Source of the DNA: a virus
Lineage: Duplodnaviria; Caudoviricetes
IMG/VR virus record: IMGVR_UViG_3300031857_000001
Reading direction: 5' to 3' (one strand)
DNA: 64,000 nt
Shown: positions 8,720 to 18,446 of the stretch, in pieces
Layout: each line of letters opens with the position of its first letter
Position numbering within the stretch: position 1 is the first letter of the stretch
Notes under the pieces: generated by a model
Databases searched by the model: none
Told to the model about the DNA's origin: nothing
What the model saw: only the letters and a program-made list of their open reading frames with translations
Program-made: the position numbers and the translations under genes

Positions 8720-10591
8720 ATGAAAAGGTTTACGATAACTGAGGAAGAAAGACATGATATCCTCAAAATGTATAATTTATTGAGTGAAGATGTTAGAAGA
8801 CCCCTCCAAAAGTTAATGGAATGCAAATTCACAACCGATGGTAAATATGTTATTTATGAGGGTAAAGCATTTTCAACAAGTACTGGCGAACAGGTTCCAA
8901 TAAACGAAGAGTGGACAATAAGTGATATTTTACATGCGGGTGCAGATTTATTATCTGTCGGTATGGATTTTGTTATTCCGGGTTCTGGTGCGGTTGTCGA
9001 TGTATTAAACGCAATTAGTTATATAATCGAAGCTCAATTTAAAAGTAACGAGGAAAAAGATTCTTTATATCTTATGGCGGCAATAACTTTTGCTTTTGTA
9101 TTATTGCCAGGCCCTCTGCAAGCGGTTTCGGCTCCTCTTAAAAATGCGGTTAAAACTGGGGCGGGAATGGCATCTCCTGTAGTAAAAAATGGGTTGAAGA
9201 TTATTGGAAATTCAATTGATACTTTATTGTTAGGTATTCCCTCTAAAGTAGATAATGCTCTTAAATCCCCATTGGCTAAAAATATTTTGGGTAGTTGGGG
9301 GGATAAAATTTCAGGATTTATTAGTAATTTTACAAGTAGAATTAAACAATTATTGGGTACATTAACAGGTAAATCATCTAAGGAGGGTGCTGAATTAACA
9401 GGTAAGATAACTGGTAAATCATCTAAGGAGGGTGCTGAATTATCCGGTAAAAAGGTTACTAAGGAAGTAAGCGGAGAAATATTTGAAAAGAATTTCAGAG
9501 TTGAAAAATGTTATACTCATAGTTTTTGTGATACTGGAAACATAATTAAAAGATTATTTAACATTGCCCCGACTAATGTTGCATTTAATCCGTCGGCAGT
9601 AAAAGTCCTACAAAAATCAAATGTTGCGGGTAGAGAAGTAATCGAAACACAATTAGAAAACGGGCAAAAAGTTTTATTTTATAAATCATCTGGTAGTAAT
9701 GTGGATACAACAGGTAAAAAGATGGGTGAATGGTTTGTTATACCTGGTTTTGCTGAAAATGGTTGGTTTATAAAAACCAAAGAAACAATTGCTCTTACTA
9801 AAGGAGGAAACAAATATTTGACCGAAATGGCTCAATTTTTAGAAAAAAATGGAGTTGAGGGATTATCAAAATCCGCAAAAACAGGTACCAAGGCTTTACC
9901 TGCTGTAATTAATAAAGTAACCACGTTATCTAAAATGGACAACGTGGTACTGAGTAGTAACGCCCCTGTTATTATGAATAAATTAGGTTTAACTAAAGGG
10001 AGTAAGTTTGGAACAAAGAACGGTACTGCACAAATAGATGATATTATAGACGTAGATTACGTTCTTGTCAGTACTACAATGGGAAAGGAGAAAATGAAAG
10101 TTTGGAGTTTTTTAAAAAAATATATTGTTGACCCCTCAGCCAAACTTAGAAAAACCGGTATCCCTCTAATTACAAAAAGTTTAGTTAGTATTTTTAACGA
10201 GGACGGAACTATTAATCAAAACGCGCTTAATAAATTACCACCCATAACTCCTGAGCAGGCTATGAACGATTTGGAACGTCTGAGTCAAATTGTTGCGGAA
10301 TACGAAGGGGGTTCAGGTAAATATAGTGTTAATAAAAACGTTCTTAATTTCCAAAAGGCATTGAGAATGATAGGTTTTAATTTAGGTAATTATGGGTCAA
10401 ATAAAGATGGGGTTGACGGTAAGTTCGGTCCCAAAACACAAAATGCGTTGAAGGATTTTCAGACACAAAATAATCTTCAGTCGTCATTGGGTAAGATGGA
10501 TAGGTTAACGGCTAAAAAATTGGCGGAAGTATTAAGTAATAAAAAAATTGATGGTTCGGAAGAAACTCAAAATTACTTAAATTCATTGTAA
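8720..10591 (+). CDS. leader-bearing protein with pre-toxin-TG-like region and C-terminal peptidoglycan-binding domain
   Basis: DF.IPG.GAVVD.LNAISY...LLPG; C-terminal FQKAL...DGKFGPKTQNALKDFQ. Confidence 0.7.
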   Translation: MKRFTITEEERHDILKMYNLLSEDVRRPLQKLMECKFTTDGKYVIYEGKAFSTSTGEQVPINEEWTISDILHAGADLLSVGMDFVIPGSGAVVDVLNAISYIIEAQFKSNEEKDSLYLMAAITFAFVLLPGPLQAVSAPLKNAVKTGAGMASPVVKNGLKIIGNSIDTLLLGIPSKVDNALKSPLAKNILGSWGDKISGFISNFTSRIKQLLGTLTGKSSKEGAELTGKITGKSSKEGAELSGKKVTKEVSGEIFEKNFRVEKCYTHSFCDTGNIIKRLFNIAPTNVAFNPSAVKVLQKSNVAGREVIETQLENGQKVLFYKSSGSNVDTTGKKMGEWFVIPGFAENGWFIKTKETIALTKGGNKYLTEMAQFLEKNGVEGLSKSAKTGTKALPAVINKVTTLSKMDNVVLSSNAPVIMNKLGLTKGSKFGTKNGTAQIDDIIDVDYVLVSTTMGKEKMKVWSFLKKYIVDPSAKLRKTGIPLITKSLVSIFNEDGTINQNALNKLPPITPEQAMNDLERLSQIVAEYEGGSGKYSVNKNVLNFQKALRMIGFNLGNYGSNKDGVDGKFGPKTQNALKDFQTQNNLQSSLGKMDRLTAKKLAEVLSNKKIDGSEETQNYLNSL

Positions 10592-10636
10592 TTCTAAAAT
10601 ACTAATCCTTTTTTATTCTTAGTATATTTATATTAT

Positions 10637-11632
10637 ATGAAAATTTTATTAACTGAAAATCAATTTGAATCTTTGATGAAAAAACATTCAGGATTGATTA
10701 ACGAATCATCCGATTGTGAAAAAGATTTGTTTGATAAAATCAACAACTGGAGACTCAAAGCGATTTTCAAGGACCCAATCAATAAGATTGTTAAACCTCA
10801 TGCAAAAAAATGGACCGAACATAATGATAGAAAAAAATATGAGGATGTTCTAACAATGATTGGAAAAAATCCATCCGAGATTGATTCCATTTTGGATATG
10901 TCATTTGTTTATGATGAGGGTGGAAACTGGGATAGGATTAATAAGTTGAATACAAACTATTCTGACACGGCAAGATTCATCATTGATATTTTTAAAGACC
11001 AAGGAAAAAACTTATGTGACATATATAAAAATTTGTCTGATGGTAATAACTCTGATTTGACGGCAATTGCTCGTGACATGTCACTTAATCCCACAACATA
11101 TTGGGATAACTATCTGTCGTTAAATCGTGAAAAGTATACCCAAAACAACAAGAGAAACTCCATGATGGGAGATACAACCGAAAAAATTGTTGTTGATTAC
11201 CTAATGGGTAAAGGTTGGAAATTAATTTATCAATCCAAAGAAGGAAGTCCAATTGATACTAAACTTTCAATTGATATCATTATGTTATCTCCTGATAACA
11301 AAATTGCAAAAATCCAAGTTAAAACCGTTGGAACAATCAAACAGGTTGAATTTACACCTTGTGAAAAAAATGATGTTCCATTGACAAACAAAAAACAACC
11401 TGGTGGGTATAGCGTTTATACAAATGGTGGAATAGTGTTAAGAGATACCGATATAAATCTTGTTGCATATGTTACAATGTCAGGTAATCTTTTAATTCTT
11501 AGAAAATATTCTCCAGTTACAGTGGTAGGTAATAAGTGCGTGGATACTCCCGCTCGTCAATTCCCATCAAGTCCAAAGAAAGGATTATTTTTTGTTGACC
11601 ACGAATCGGTTGTATTCTCAAAAATCAAATAA
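10637..11632 (+). CDS. leader-bearing putative PD-(D/E)xK nuclease
   Basis: GDTTEKIV.DYL..KGW...IDII...IQVKT; MKILLTENQ leader. Confidence 0.6.
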   Translation: MKILLTENQFESLMKKHSGLINESSDCEKDLFDKINNWRLKAIFKDPINKIVKPHAKKWTEHNDRKKYEDVLTMIGKNPSEIDSILDMSFVYDEGGNWDRINKLNTNYSDTARFIIDIFKDQGKNLCDIYKNLSDGNNSDLTAIARDMSLNPTTYWDNYLSLNREKYTQNNKRNSMMGDTTEKIVVDYLMGKGWKLIYQSKEGSPIDTKLSIDIIMLSPDNKIAKIQVKTVGTIKQVEFTPCEKNDVPLTNKKQPGGYSVYTNGGIVLRDTDINLVAYVTMSGNLLILRKYSPVTVVGNKCVDTPARQFPSSPKKGLFFVDHESVVFSKIK

Positions 11633-11680
11633 GTTTCTTTTTATTTGACAATCTGAAATTTCATAATTAATTTTAAAATT

Positions 11681-11878
11681 ATGAAATACATTATATTAAT
11701 TTTATTGGGATTATTAGTTGGTTTTTTCTCGACCAATTATTTTTTAACAAAGAGAGAACCTGTTAAAAGTATTGATACAATTATCTGTAAAACAGAAGAG
11801 GGTTATGGAGAAGACATTGAGACAGGAGAAAAATTCTTGGTAGTATGGAATGAATGTGATACAATTTATAAAAAATAA
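11681..11878 (+). CDS. small membrane-anchored hypothetical protein
   Basis: N-terminal hydrophobic helix. Confidence 0.55.
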   Translation: MKYIILILLGLLVGFFSTNYFLTKREPVKSIDTIICKTEEGYGEDIETGEKFLVVWNECDTIYKK

Positions 11879-11884
11879 TTAAAT

Positions 11885-12091
11885 ATGAATATAGAATTTG
11901 AAACCCCCCACCTTGTGTTATGTATCAGAAATTACTATGGAACAATGGAAGATGGTCGTGAATTTACCATCGTATCTCATAGTAATTACGGTAGTGTATG
12001 GATTGAAGACATTGAAACTGATGATGAATTAACCGAAGAAGAACTTGAAGAAATTAGAACAAGTTTCTATCAAAATGTGGATATTGGATAA
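11885..12091 (+). CDS. small acidic hypothetical protein
   Basis: ORF track. Confidence 0.55.
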   Translation: MNIEFETPHLVLCIRNYYGTMEDGREFTIVSHSNYGSVWIEDIETDDELTEEELEEIRTSFYQNVDIG

Positions 12092-12100
12092 AAAAATAAT

Positions 12101-12439
12101 ATGAAAAAAGAAAAGGCAAAAATGTCAGCTCCAAAAAAGGAAAAAAAGAAAAAGGTTACTGAAGAAGTTGCGGTTGAAACTCCAAAAACAATTTCAGTTA
12201 AAATGGTTGAGTATTACAGCACTATGGTTGTACGCGAACCAATTCAAATTAATGTTGCTGATTATCCTGAACTAAACGGGATGTCAGAAGAAGAAATGAA
12301 AGACTACATTAAAGATAATTGGTCTGACATGAAATCAACAAATGAAGAGTGGTACGACTCCCTTTATGACGAATGTATGCAATCGGATGTAATGAGAGAA
12401 AAGATTACAGGTGAAGAACAAGAATGTTATTTTGATTGA
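12101..12439 (+). CDS. hypothetical protein
   Basis: ORF track; terminator follows at 12455. Confidence 0.6.
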   Translation: MKKEKAKMSAPKKEKKKKVTEEVAVETPKTISVKMVEYYSTMVVREPIQINVADYPELNGMSEEEMKDYIKDNWSDMKSTNEEWYDSLYDECMQSDVMREKITGEEQECYFD

Positions 12440-12454
12440 TGAATGATTAAATTT

Positions 12455-12482
12455 AAAACCCCATTCTTATGATGGGGTTTTT
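12455..12482 (+). terminator. intrinsic terminator
   Basis: AAAACCCCAT/ATGGGGTTTT. Confidence 0.8.
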
Positions 12483-12516
12483 TGTTTTGGAATATATTTA
12501 TGTATAAAATACTTTT

Positions 12517-13209
12517 ATGAATAATATTTCTTTATATAAAGAAAGATTTTATGGTTTAATGGAATCAACAATGGGTGACGTAAGACCTATTATTAGTGAA
12601 CAACAATGTACATTATCCGAATCTGATATTAATTATATTGTTAGTGGAGTAATTAAAGAATTTTCTCCAAATAGATTAAATCGTGATTTGGATTCTTTAA
12701 CAAAAAGTTTTAGAGAAAATGTAACATCTGATTTGGTTTTTAAAGTTTTTAATGAAAAACTAGAAACAATTAAGACTTCATTGAAACCTACTTTTGAAAA
12801 GTATATTTCGGATATGGTTTATGCCACTTTTTTCGGTGGTGTATTTGATATCAATGCATATCTATATGATATGTTAAATAAAATAATCTTACCTCTACTT
12901 GAGGGATATGACGCTTCTTGGGCAACTAAGGGTGCTGCTAATGCCGTAGTAAATGATAAGAATGTTAATAACATAATAACTAAAACACAAAATCATTTTT
13001 TAGCTATCATTTCTAATTTTTTCTCAAAGTTTAAAATGACCATAATACTCGTACCATTTAAATCAATTGAAATTGCTAAAAACTTAAAAAAATGTGATGT
13101 AAAGTCGAATCCCCAACCGTATGGTAATATCCCTGATGTAGAAAGTTTTAAATCAGGAAATAATTGGATTATATCCTCAATAAACGATAGAATTAAAAAC
13201 GCCGTATAA
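12517..13209 (+). CDS. hypothetical protein with MESTMGDVRP leader
   Basis: 34-nt exact DNA identity with 14344-14377. Confidence 0.75.
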   Translation: MNNISLYKERFYGLMESTMGDVRPIISEQQCTLSESDINYIVSGVIKEFSPNRLNRDLDSLTKSFRENVTSDLVFKVFNEKLETIKTSLKPTFEKYISDMVYATFFGGVFDINAYLYDMLNKIILPLLEGYDASWATKGAANAVVNDKNVNNIITKTQNHFLAIISNFFSKFKMTIILVPFKSIEIAKNLKKCDVKSNPQPYGNIPDVESFKSGNNWIISSINDRIKNAV

Positions 13210-13217
13210 AAATCCAC

Positions 13218-13544
13218 ATGAAAAGACTAATAATATCCGAAGAGGAAAAACATCGTATAAAAAGTTTGTACGAGCAAACAACAGGAACTACTCAACCTAT
13301 TGACCTTAATTATATTTTATCTCAAAGCGAATCTGGTAAAACCACAAATGAATTTTGTAAATCAAAAACAGGATACGATATTTGTTTGGTTGTTACGGAT
13401 ATTGATAGAGCGGCTAGAGACAGAGACGAAAATAATAAAAGTAGGTTTCTTCAATCCCAAGGATATGTCATGATTGAAAAATCAGGTCTAACCCAAGATT
13501 CTGAAGGTAACTATAAAAAATCAAGTATTTGGAAGAAACAATAG
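13218..13544 (+). CDS. hypothetical protein with MKRLIISEEEK leader
   Basis: Leader nearly identical to 13588. Confidence 0.7.
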   Translation: MKRLIISEEEKHRIKSLYEQTTGTTQPIDLNYILSQSESGKTTNEFCKSKTGYDICLVVTDIDRAARDRDENNKSRFLQSQGYVMIEKSGLTQDSEGNYKKSSIWKKQ

Positions 13545-13587
13545 TTTGTTTTTCATTACTTAAAGTATTTATATAAAAAAAATTATC

Positions 13588-14304
13588 ATGAGTAAAAGAT
13601 TAATAATTTCTGAAGAAGAAAAAAACGAAATCAGAAATAAATATTCAAATAATAATGTTCAAGAACAAATGACGGGTGGAAACACCACCGGTCAAGACGA
13701 TAAACTTATCTCTAAATTGGTTGACACAACAAAAAAATTAAGAGGAGGTTTATTTAAAACAGGGTCTGACCAAGTTGATACTAGTAGTTCTGAGTTCCAA
13801 CAAGCGGTTAGAGAATTAACACCTGTTGGTAACATAGGAAATCCTGTTGAGATTGTTGGTGGAGCATCAAGTGTTGGTTCTGACAGAGGATTTGACAACA
13901 AACGTTTGGCAACAAGGAGAGCGATGAACTTTAAAACCGCATTACAAAACGCCGGTGTTAACACTAAAAATATGTTTGTAACTGATGTAATTGTTGGAAG
14001 TGCAACTGAAAGAAATAGTCCTGAAGCTTTACAACAACAGTATGTTAGTTATACAGTTAGAGATACTGATTATAAGATTGATTATCAAACCGCGATAGAT
14101 AATACCGCAACTGTAAGACAAGATATTAAACGACAACTTAATCTACCACAAACTAAACCTGAACCAAAACCTAAGAAAGATGAAAAAGGTAAGTATTTTG
14201 ATTTGAGAATATTTTATACAGGAAATAACGCAATCCAATTGGCGGATGAAGTAAATAAAGCATTGGCCGGAAAAAACGGTGTAGTTAAAATCCAAGGAAT
14301 CTAA
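13588..14304 (+). CDS. leader-bearing OmpA-like peptidoglycan-binding domain protein
   Basis: VEIVGGAS..G....NKRLATRRA..FK.AL..AGV pattern of OmpA C-terminal domains. Confidence 0.65.
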   Translation: MSKRLIISEEEKNEIRNKYSNNNVQEQMTGGNTTGQDDKLISKLVDTTKKLRGGLFKTGSDQVDTSSSEFQQAVRELTPVGNIGNPVEIVGGASSVGSDRGFDNKRLATRRAMNFKTALQNAGVNTKNMFVTDVIVGSATERNSPEALQQQYVSYTVRDTDYKIDYQTAIDNTATVRQDIKRQLNLPQTKPEPKPKKDEKGKYFDLRIFYTGNNAIQLADEVNKALAGKNGVVKIQGI

Positions 14305-14315
14305 CAAACATAATT

Positions 14316-14696
14316 ATGAGTAATATTGATTCATATAAAAAACGATTTTATGGTTTAATGGAATCAACAATGGGTGATGTAAGACCAATTTTAAATGAAG
14401 GAGTTAATGTTGGTGGAAGAGCGTCAACTATAAATCCTGACGGTACCGTAACTATAACAGATAAAAGTGGAAAACCAACTAAAGTGAGAATGTCACTATC
14501 AGTTGGGGGAGATATAAATGTTGTTAATATACAACCGGCTAACGGAGGATATAATATCACTGGAAAAAGTGGAATGACTCAGTTTGTTGATAACAATAAA
14601 ATATCCCAAGTAATTCAATTTGTTGACAACAATTCACCATCTGAGATTAAAAGTGGTTCTTGGTCAACCCCAAATATAAAATTAAGAAAAGTATAA
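14316..14696 (+). CDS. hypothetical protein with MESTMGDVRP leader
   Basis: Leader ends ILNE. Confidence 0.7.
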   Translation: MSNIDSYKKRFYGLMESTMGDVRPILNEGVNVGGRASTINPDGTVTITDKSGKPTKVRMSLSVGGDINVVNIQPANGGYNITGKSGMTQFVDNNKISQVIQFVDNNSPSEIKSGSWSTPNIKLRKV

Positions 14697-14697
14697 T

Positions 14698-15033
14698 ATG
14701 AAAAAAATTATTAGATTAACTGAATCTGATTTGGTAAGGATTGTTAAAAGAGTTATCACAGAACAAACAAATATGAAAAGCGTTTTTGATAGTTTACAAA
14801 AAATGTCTTCAGGTTCTAAAAATTTTCATCCGTCATTTAAGCATAAATACGATAATGTATGGTCTGTCGAAGGGACTATGATTGAGTTACCTAAAGATTA
14901 TGTAACTCCTGAGAATATCGGAGATATAACAATAAGTCCTCAGTTAGTAACAATTTCAATTGGTAGAGGTAGAGATATGGCAAATGTTTATATACACCCT
15001 GACGGAAGAATTGAAAGAAAATCTTTAATTTGA
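14698..15033 (+). CDS. hypothetical protein with MKKIIRLTESDL leader
   Basis: Leader ends VITE. Confidence 0.7.
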   Translation: MKKIIRLTESDLVRIVKRVITEQTNMKSVFDSLQKMSSGSKNFHPSFKHKYDNVWSVEGTMIELPKDYVTPENIGDITISPQLVTISIGRGRDMANVYIHPDGRIERKSLI

Positions 15034-15066
15034 TAAAACCATAGTATTTATATAAAAAGTATTAAT

Positions 15067-15372
15067 ATGAAAAAAGTTATAAAATTAACTGAGAGTCAGT
15101 TAGAGGATATAATCAAAAGAGTAATTAACGAGGCCGAAGAAGAAAAATATGAAAAGGGCCCATCTGGTATGAGAGCGGCTCGCTCAAAAGCCGATTACAC
15201 CCCAACCCCAAAAGAATCAGATATCATGTCTGACTTGTTTGGTAAGTATAAAGATGATATTCCACCAATCGTTGTTAGATATTTAAGAAAGTTGGGTAAG
15301 GAAACTCTAACTAAGAGACTCATGAAGTTAGGTATGATTGATAAATCAATAATCGGTAAAGACGAAGAATAA
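15067..15372 (+). CDS. hypothetical protein with MKKVIKLTESQL leader
   Basis: Leader ends VINE; TATTTAT upstream. Confidence 0.7.
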   Translation: MKKVIKLTESQLEDIIKRVINEAEEEKYEKGPSGMRAARSKADYTPTPKESDIMSDLFGKYKDDIPPIVVRYLRKLGKETLTKRLMKLGMIDKSIIGKDEE

Positions 15373-15373
15373 T

Positions 15374-15937
15374 ATGAAAATTAATTTAAACATAGACGAA
15401 AACGAAAGAAGAAGAATACTGGAGATGCATAATTCGGCTAAATCAGTTGTATCTGAACAAAACGTCACATCCTCTACCGCCACAACGTATCATGATGAGA
15501 GCAAACCGGCAAGAATGTTCATACATAAAGAATTTGGAATTGGTACTAATTTTAACCCTAATTATAGTGCCTTGACCAAAGAACAGAGAGCTAAGCTACT
15601 CCAAGACTCTAAAGAAAAATTAAAATCTATGGACATGAATGAAATAGTTAATAAAGCAAAAGCGGCTGGTGTTTCTGAAGAAAGTATAATGGCTTTACAA
15701 CAAGAACTTGTTACAATTTCAGGAAAACCTGAACTTAAATTTATTTCAAACAACATACCAAAAGATTTTGTGGATGGTAAATTAGGTACAAATACTATCG
15801 CGGCATATTTAGACCATATGATACACGTTCAAAGTCTTCCCGAGTATAAAGGACCTGCGCCTACAACTACAACGCAATTTGGTACTGGAGCCGCAAAGGG
15901 GGCAATACAGGGGACCTATCAGACAGGAAAACAATAA
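15374..15937 (+). CDS. leader-bearing protein with putative peptidoglycan-binding domain
   Basis: IMALQQEL...VDGKLGTNT.AA. Confidence 0.6.
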   Translation: MKINLNIDENERRRILEMHNSAKSVVSEQNVTSSTATTYHDESKPARMFIHKEFGIGTNFNPNYSALTKEQRAKLLQDSKEKLKSMDMNEIVNKAKAAGVSEESIMALQQELVTISGKPELKFISNNIPKDFVDGKLGTNTIAAYLDHMIHVQSLPEYKGPAPTTTTQFGTGAAKGAIQGTYQTGKQ

Positions 15938-16156
15938 CTAGCCCATACGATTTGGTACATACTCGTATTTTGGAATTGTGTCACACACAATTTCTTCAAT
16001 CATGTTTTCAGTTCCGTCATCTTCAACTATACGGTAGTAAATTGTATCACATTTAACTTCAAAAGTTACAGATTTGATTACTGATTTTGTATTCGTGGTT
16101 GATGAACAACCGAATACCAAAAGAACTACCGCGAAGAAAAGAATGATGTATTTCAT
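15938..16156 (-). CDS. putative lipoprotein
   Basis: MKYIILFFAVVLLVFGC lipobox; TATATTTG upstream; start moved to 16156. Confidence 0.65.
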   Translation of the reverse strand: MKYIILFFAVVLLVFGCSSTTNTKSVIKSVTFEVKCDTIYYRIVEDDGTENMIEEIVCDTIPKYEYVPNRMG

Positions 16157-16332
16157 TGTGATTTGATTTATTCTACAAATATACACAAAAATAACAAACC
16201 AAAAAATATTTATTAAAAAAAATACTATGGGAAAGGCTAGAAAAGAAACAAAACCTAAGAGTAATAGAAAAAATTGGGTTAAGAATAATAAAAGAATTGA
16301 GGAGAATACAAGAATTTTAAATCTACTACTAA

Positions 16333-16680
16333 ATGAAAATAATTCTAACTGAGTCTCAATTAACTAAATTGGTTAATGAACAATTAACACAACCTGAAAC
16401 TGAATTAACTAATTATTTAGAAAAGTTTGAAAAAATAAATCTAACGGGTGATACCGAAGATTTAGGTTTAAGTAATTTTACAACTCCTGAGGATTTTGTT
16501 AAAAAAATAAAAGAACTCCCTTTACAGGTAAGTTCTTTTAGAATTGATTCGGAAGGTTTTAATTTCCCGATATATAAAGTTTCTTTGAATGGTGAGATTG
16601 GAAATTATGAGGTAAGTTTAGGTCATGAACCATTATCACCTTATAAATTTGTAACCGCTTCAATAAAGAAAACGTTTTAG
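16333..16680 (+). CDS. hypothetical protein with MKIILTESQL leader
   Basis: Leader ends LVNE. Confidence 0.7.
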   Translation: MKIILTESQLTKLVNEQLTQPETELTNYLEKFEKINLTGDTEDLGLSNFTTPEDFVKKIKELPLQVSSFRIDSEGFNFPIYKVSLNGEIGNYEVSLGHEPLSPYKFVTASIKKTF

Positions 16681-16877
16681 TGTCTACGATTGGTACATTG
16701 ATGGTCCAACATTCCGTGACCACGATTATTCCGCATGGTCTTTTTCATAACTTGAGTTGATTTTTTATGATGGGCTTTATAATTATATCCACGATGACTT
16801 GTTGTACAAGAACCAAAAAATAACATTGATAGGATAATAACTAAGAATACTGCAAAGGATTTAAATGGGTTATTCAT
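16677..16877 (-). CDS. putative small lipoprotein
   Basis: Hydrophobic core + FGSC; TATATTTG upstream. Confidence 0.55.
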   Translation of the reverse strand: MNNPFKSFAVFLVIILSMLFFGSCTTSHRGYNYKAHHKKSTQVMKKTMRNNRGHGMLDHQCTNRRH

Positions 16878-16913
16878 ATGGGTATGGGTTTTAAATTGTG
16901 TTACAAATATATG

Positions 16914-17408
16914 TCAAACTTCTTCTCCCACCAAATTATTTTTTAACCATTTTGGTTCATGACCATTTTTCCAAACCGCAAATCCCATCTTAGTTCCACG
17001 ATAATAATTTCTGTATGACTCAACAACATCGGTTACTTTATATTCATCGGGCATTGCCTTTGGTGGTTCGGTAAATCCTATGTCCTGAATTTTTGGTTTG
17101 TTAATTAGACACCACTCAATAACATCCTGTGATTTATGACGTTTTTCGTACCTATTAGTGTATTCTTTACAAAGGGCTAGTCCTAACTCACAAAGATAAA
17201 GATAGTTCGTTAATGAGGTTCTGGTCCATATTGCACAGGGGTGATTCTTATGTGATAACTTGTAAGGTACTTGGGGGGTAACTTGGGGGGTCATATGATG
17301 AACACCACACAATAACTGAGCGGTCTCAAGTATCATTTTGACCACATGTTTGTCACAATGGTCCTTAGCGCATTTATTAACATCCAAATCTAAAAAGAAA
17401 ATATTCAT
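16914..17408 (-). CDS. pyrimidine-dimer DNA glycosylase/endonuclease V-like protein
   Basis: MNIFFLD...HCDKHVVKMILETAQLL...H.NHPC.IW signature. Confidence 0.8.
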   Translation of the reverse strand: MNIFFLDLDVNKCAKDHCDKHVVKMILETAQLLCGVHHMTPQVTPQVPYKLSHKNHPCAIWTRTSLTNYLYLCELGLALCKEYTNRYEKRHKSQDVIEWCLINKPKIQDIGFTEPPKAMPDEYKVTDVVESYRNYYRGTKMGFAVWKNGHEPKWLKNNLVGEEV

Positions 17409-17441
17409 ATGAGCACGATATTTATATAAAAAAACAAAGAT

Positions 17442-17639
17442 ATGAAAAAAACATTATTTATCGGACTTTTAACATCTATTTTATTTTATGGATGTACTTT
17501 TTCAATTGGCGGTGGATGTAAATGTTCAGGAGACTGTGGAACCCCACAAAAGATTGAAATAATTAATCAAACTCCTACTACGACAGAATCTCATTGTGAA
17601 TCAACTGAAGAACCTATTGATACTTTAGAACAATATTAA
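17442..17639 (+). CDS. putative small lipoprotein
   Basis: MKK..FYGC lipobox, Cys-rich start. Confidence 0.55.
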   Translation: MKKTLFIGLLTSILFYGCTFSIGGGCKCSGDCGTPQKIEIINQTPTTTESHCESTEEPIDTLEQY

Positions 17640-17641
17640 TA

Positions 17642-17974
17642 ATGAACTTCACTATATCCGAAAAGAAAAAACAAGTAATACTTGAGTTATTACAGACTTT
17701 TCTCAACCAAAGATTAGAGTTGTATAAAGAACTCGATGATGCGGGAGAATTACAGTATAGTGTTAGTGCTATTGTTAGTAATATAGATAAAATTGAAATA
17801 ACGGATATAAAAAGAGTTGAAGGTATATGGTCCGTCGATTTACTTTTTTATATGAATAGAATCTTTTCAGTTGTTGATGAAGATTTAATTTATGATTTAT
17901 CTTCAAGTTTAACTGATTATATTGGTGAAAACGACATAAACATATCCCAACAAGAAAGTGAATATGACCTCTGA
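17642..17974 (+). CDS. hypothetical protein
   Basis: ORF track. Confidence 0.6.
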   Translation: MNFTISEKKKQVILELLQTFLNQRLELYKELDDAGELQYSVSAIVSNIDKIEITDIKRVEGIWSVDLLFYMNRIFSVVDEDLIYDLSSSLTDYIGENDINISQQESEYDL

Positions 17975-18446
17975 ATTAGAAAAAGTATCAGATAGAATAA
18001 TGTTTCAAATTATTAAACAAGTTGCTCGTAATTGTGAGTCAGAGGGAATATCGTTTGGTCGTATCAATACAGAAGTTTCTGAGGTTATTAATTCATCATT
18101 AAAAATTTTTGGTGTTGTAGATAAAATAGAATATATTGATGAGGATTATGTTTGGACGGTGGTAAATTTGAATAAAGATAAGTTAAGTGAGGATAAGTTA
18201 ACTGGCAATCTAATTAAGCCCGAACTTAAAACATATGAATTTAATATTGAAGTTAATGAGACAGTTTACCAAACTCAAACTTGGAGAGATACCGTTGAGT
18301 CATACGGAGACCCTTATAGTTTAGTTAGAATTATGGAAGAGAACGCGGATTGGGACTACTACAACGGTAGAGAGATTTTTACCGACATACACGATAGTGA
18401 AACTAACGAGATTAGAATTAACCGTAAATCATTTAACGAGATTTAA
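17958..18446 (+). CDS. hypothetical protein
   Basis: ORF track, overlaps previous gene. Confidence 0.6.
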   Translation: MNMTSELEKVSDRIMFQIIKQVARNCESEGISFGRINTEVSEVINSSLKIFGVVDKIEYIDEDYVWTVVNLNKDKLSEDKLTGNLIKPELKTYEFNIEVNETVYQTQTWRDTVESYGDPYSLVRIMEENADWDYYNGREIFTDIHDSETNEIRINRKSFNEI

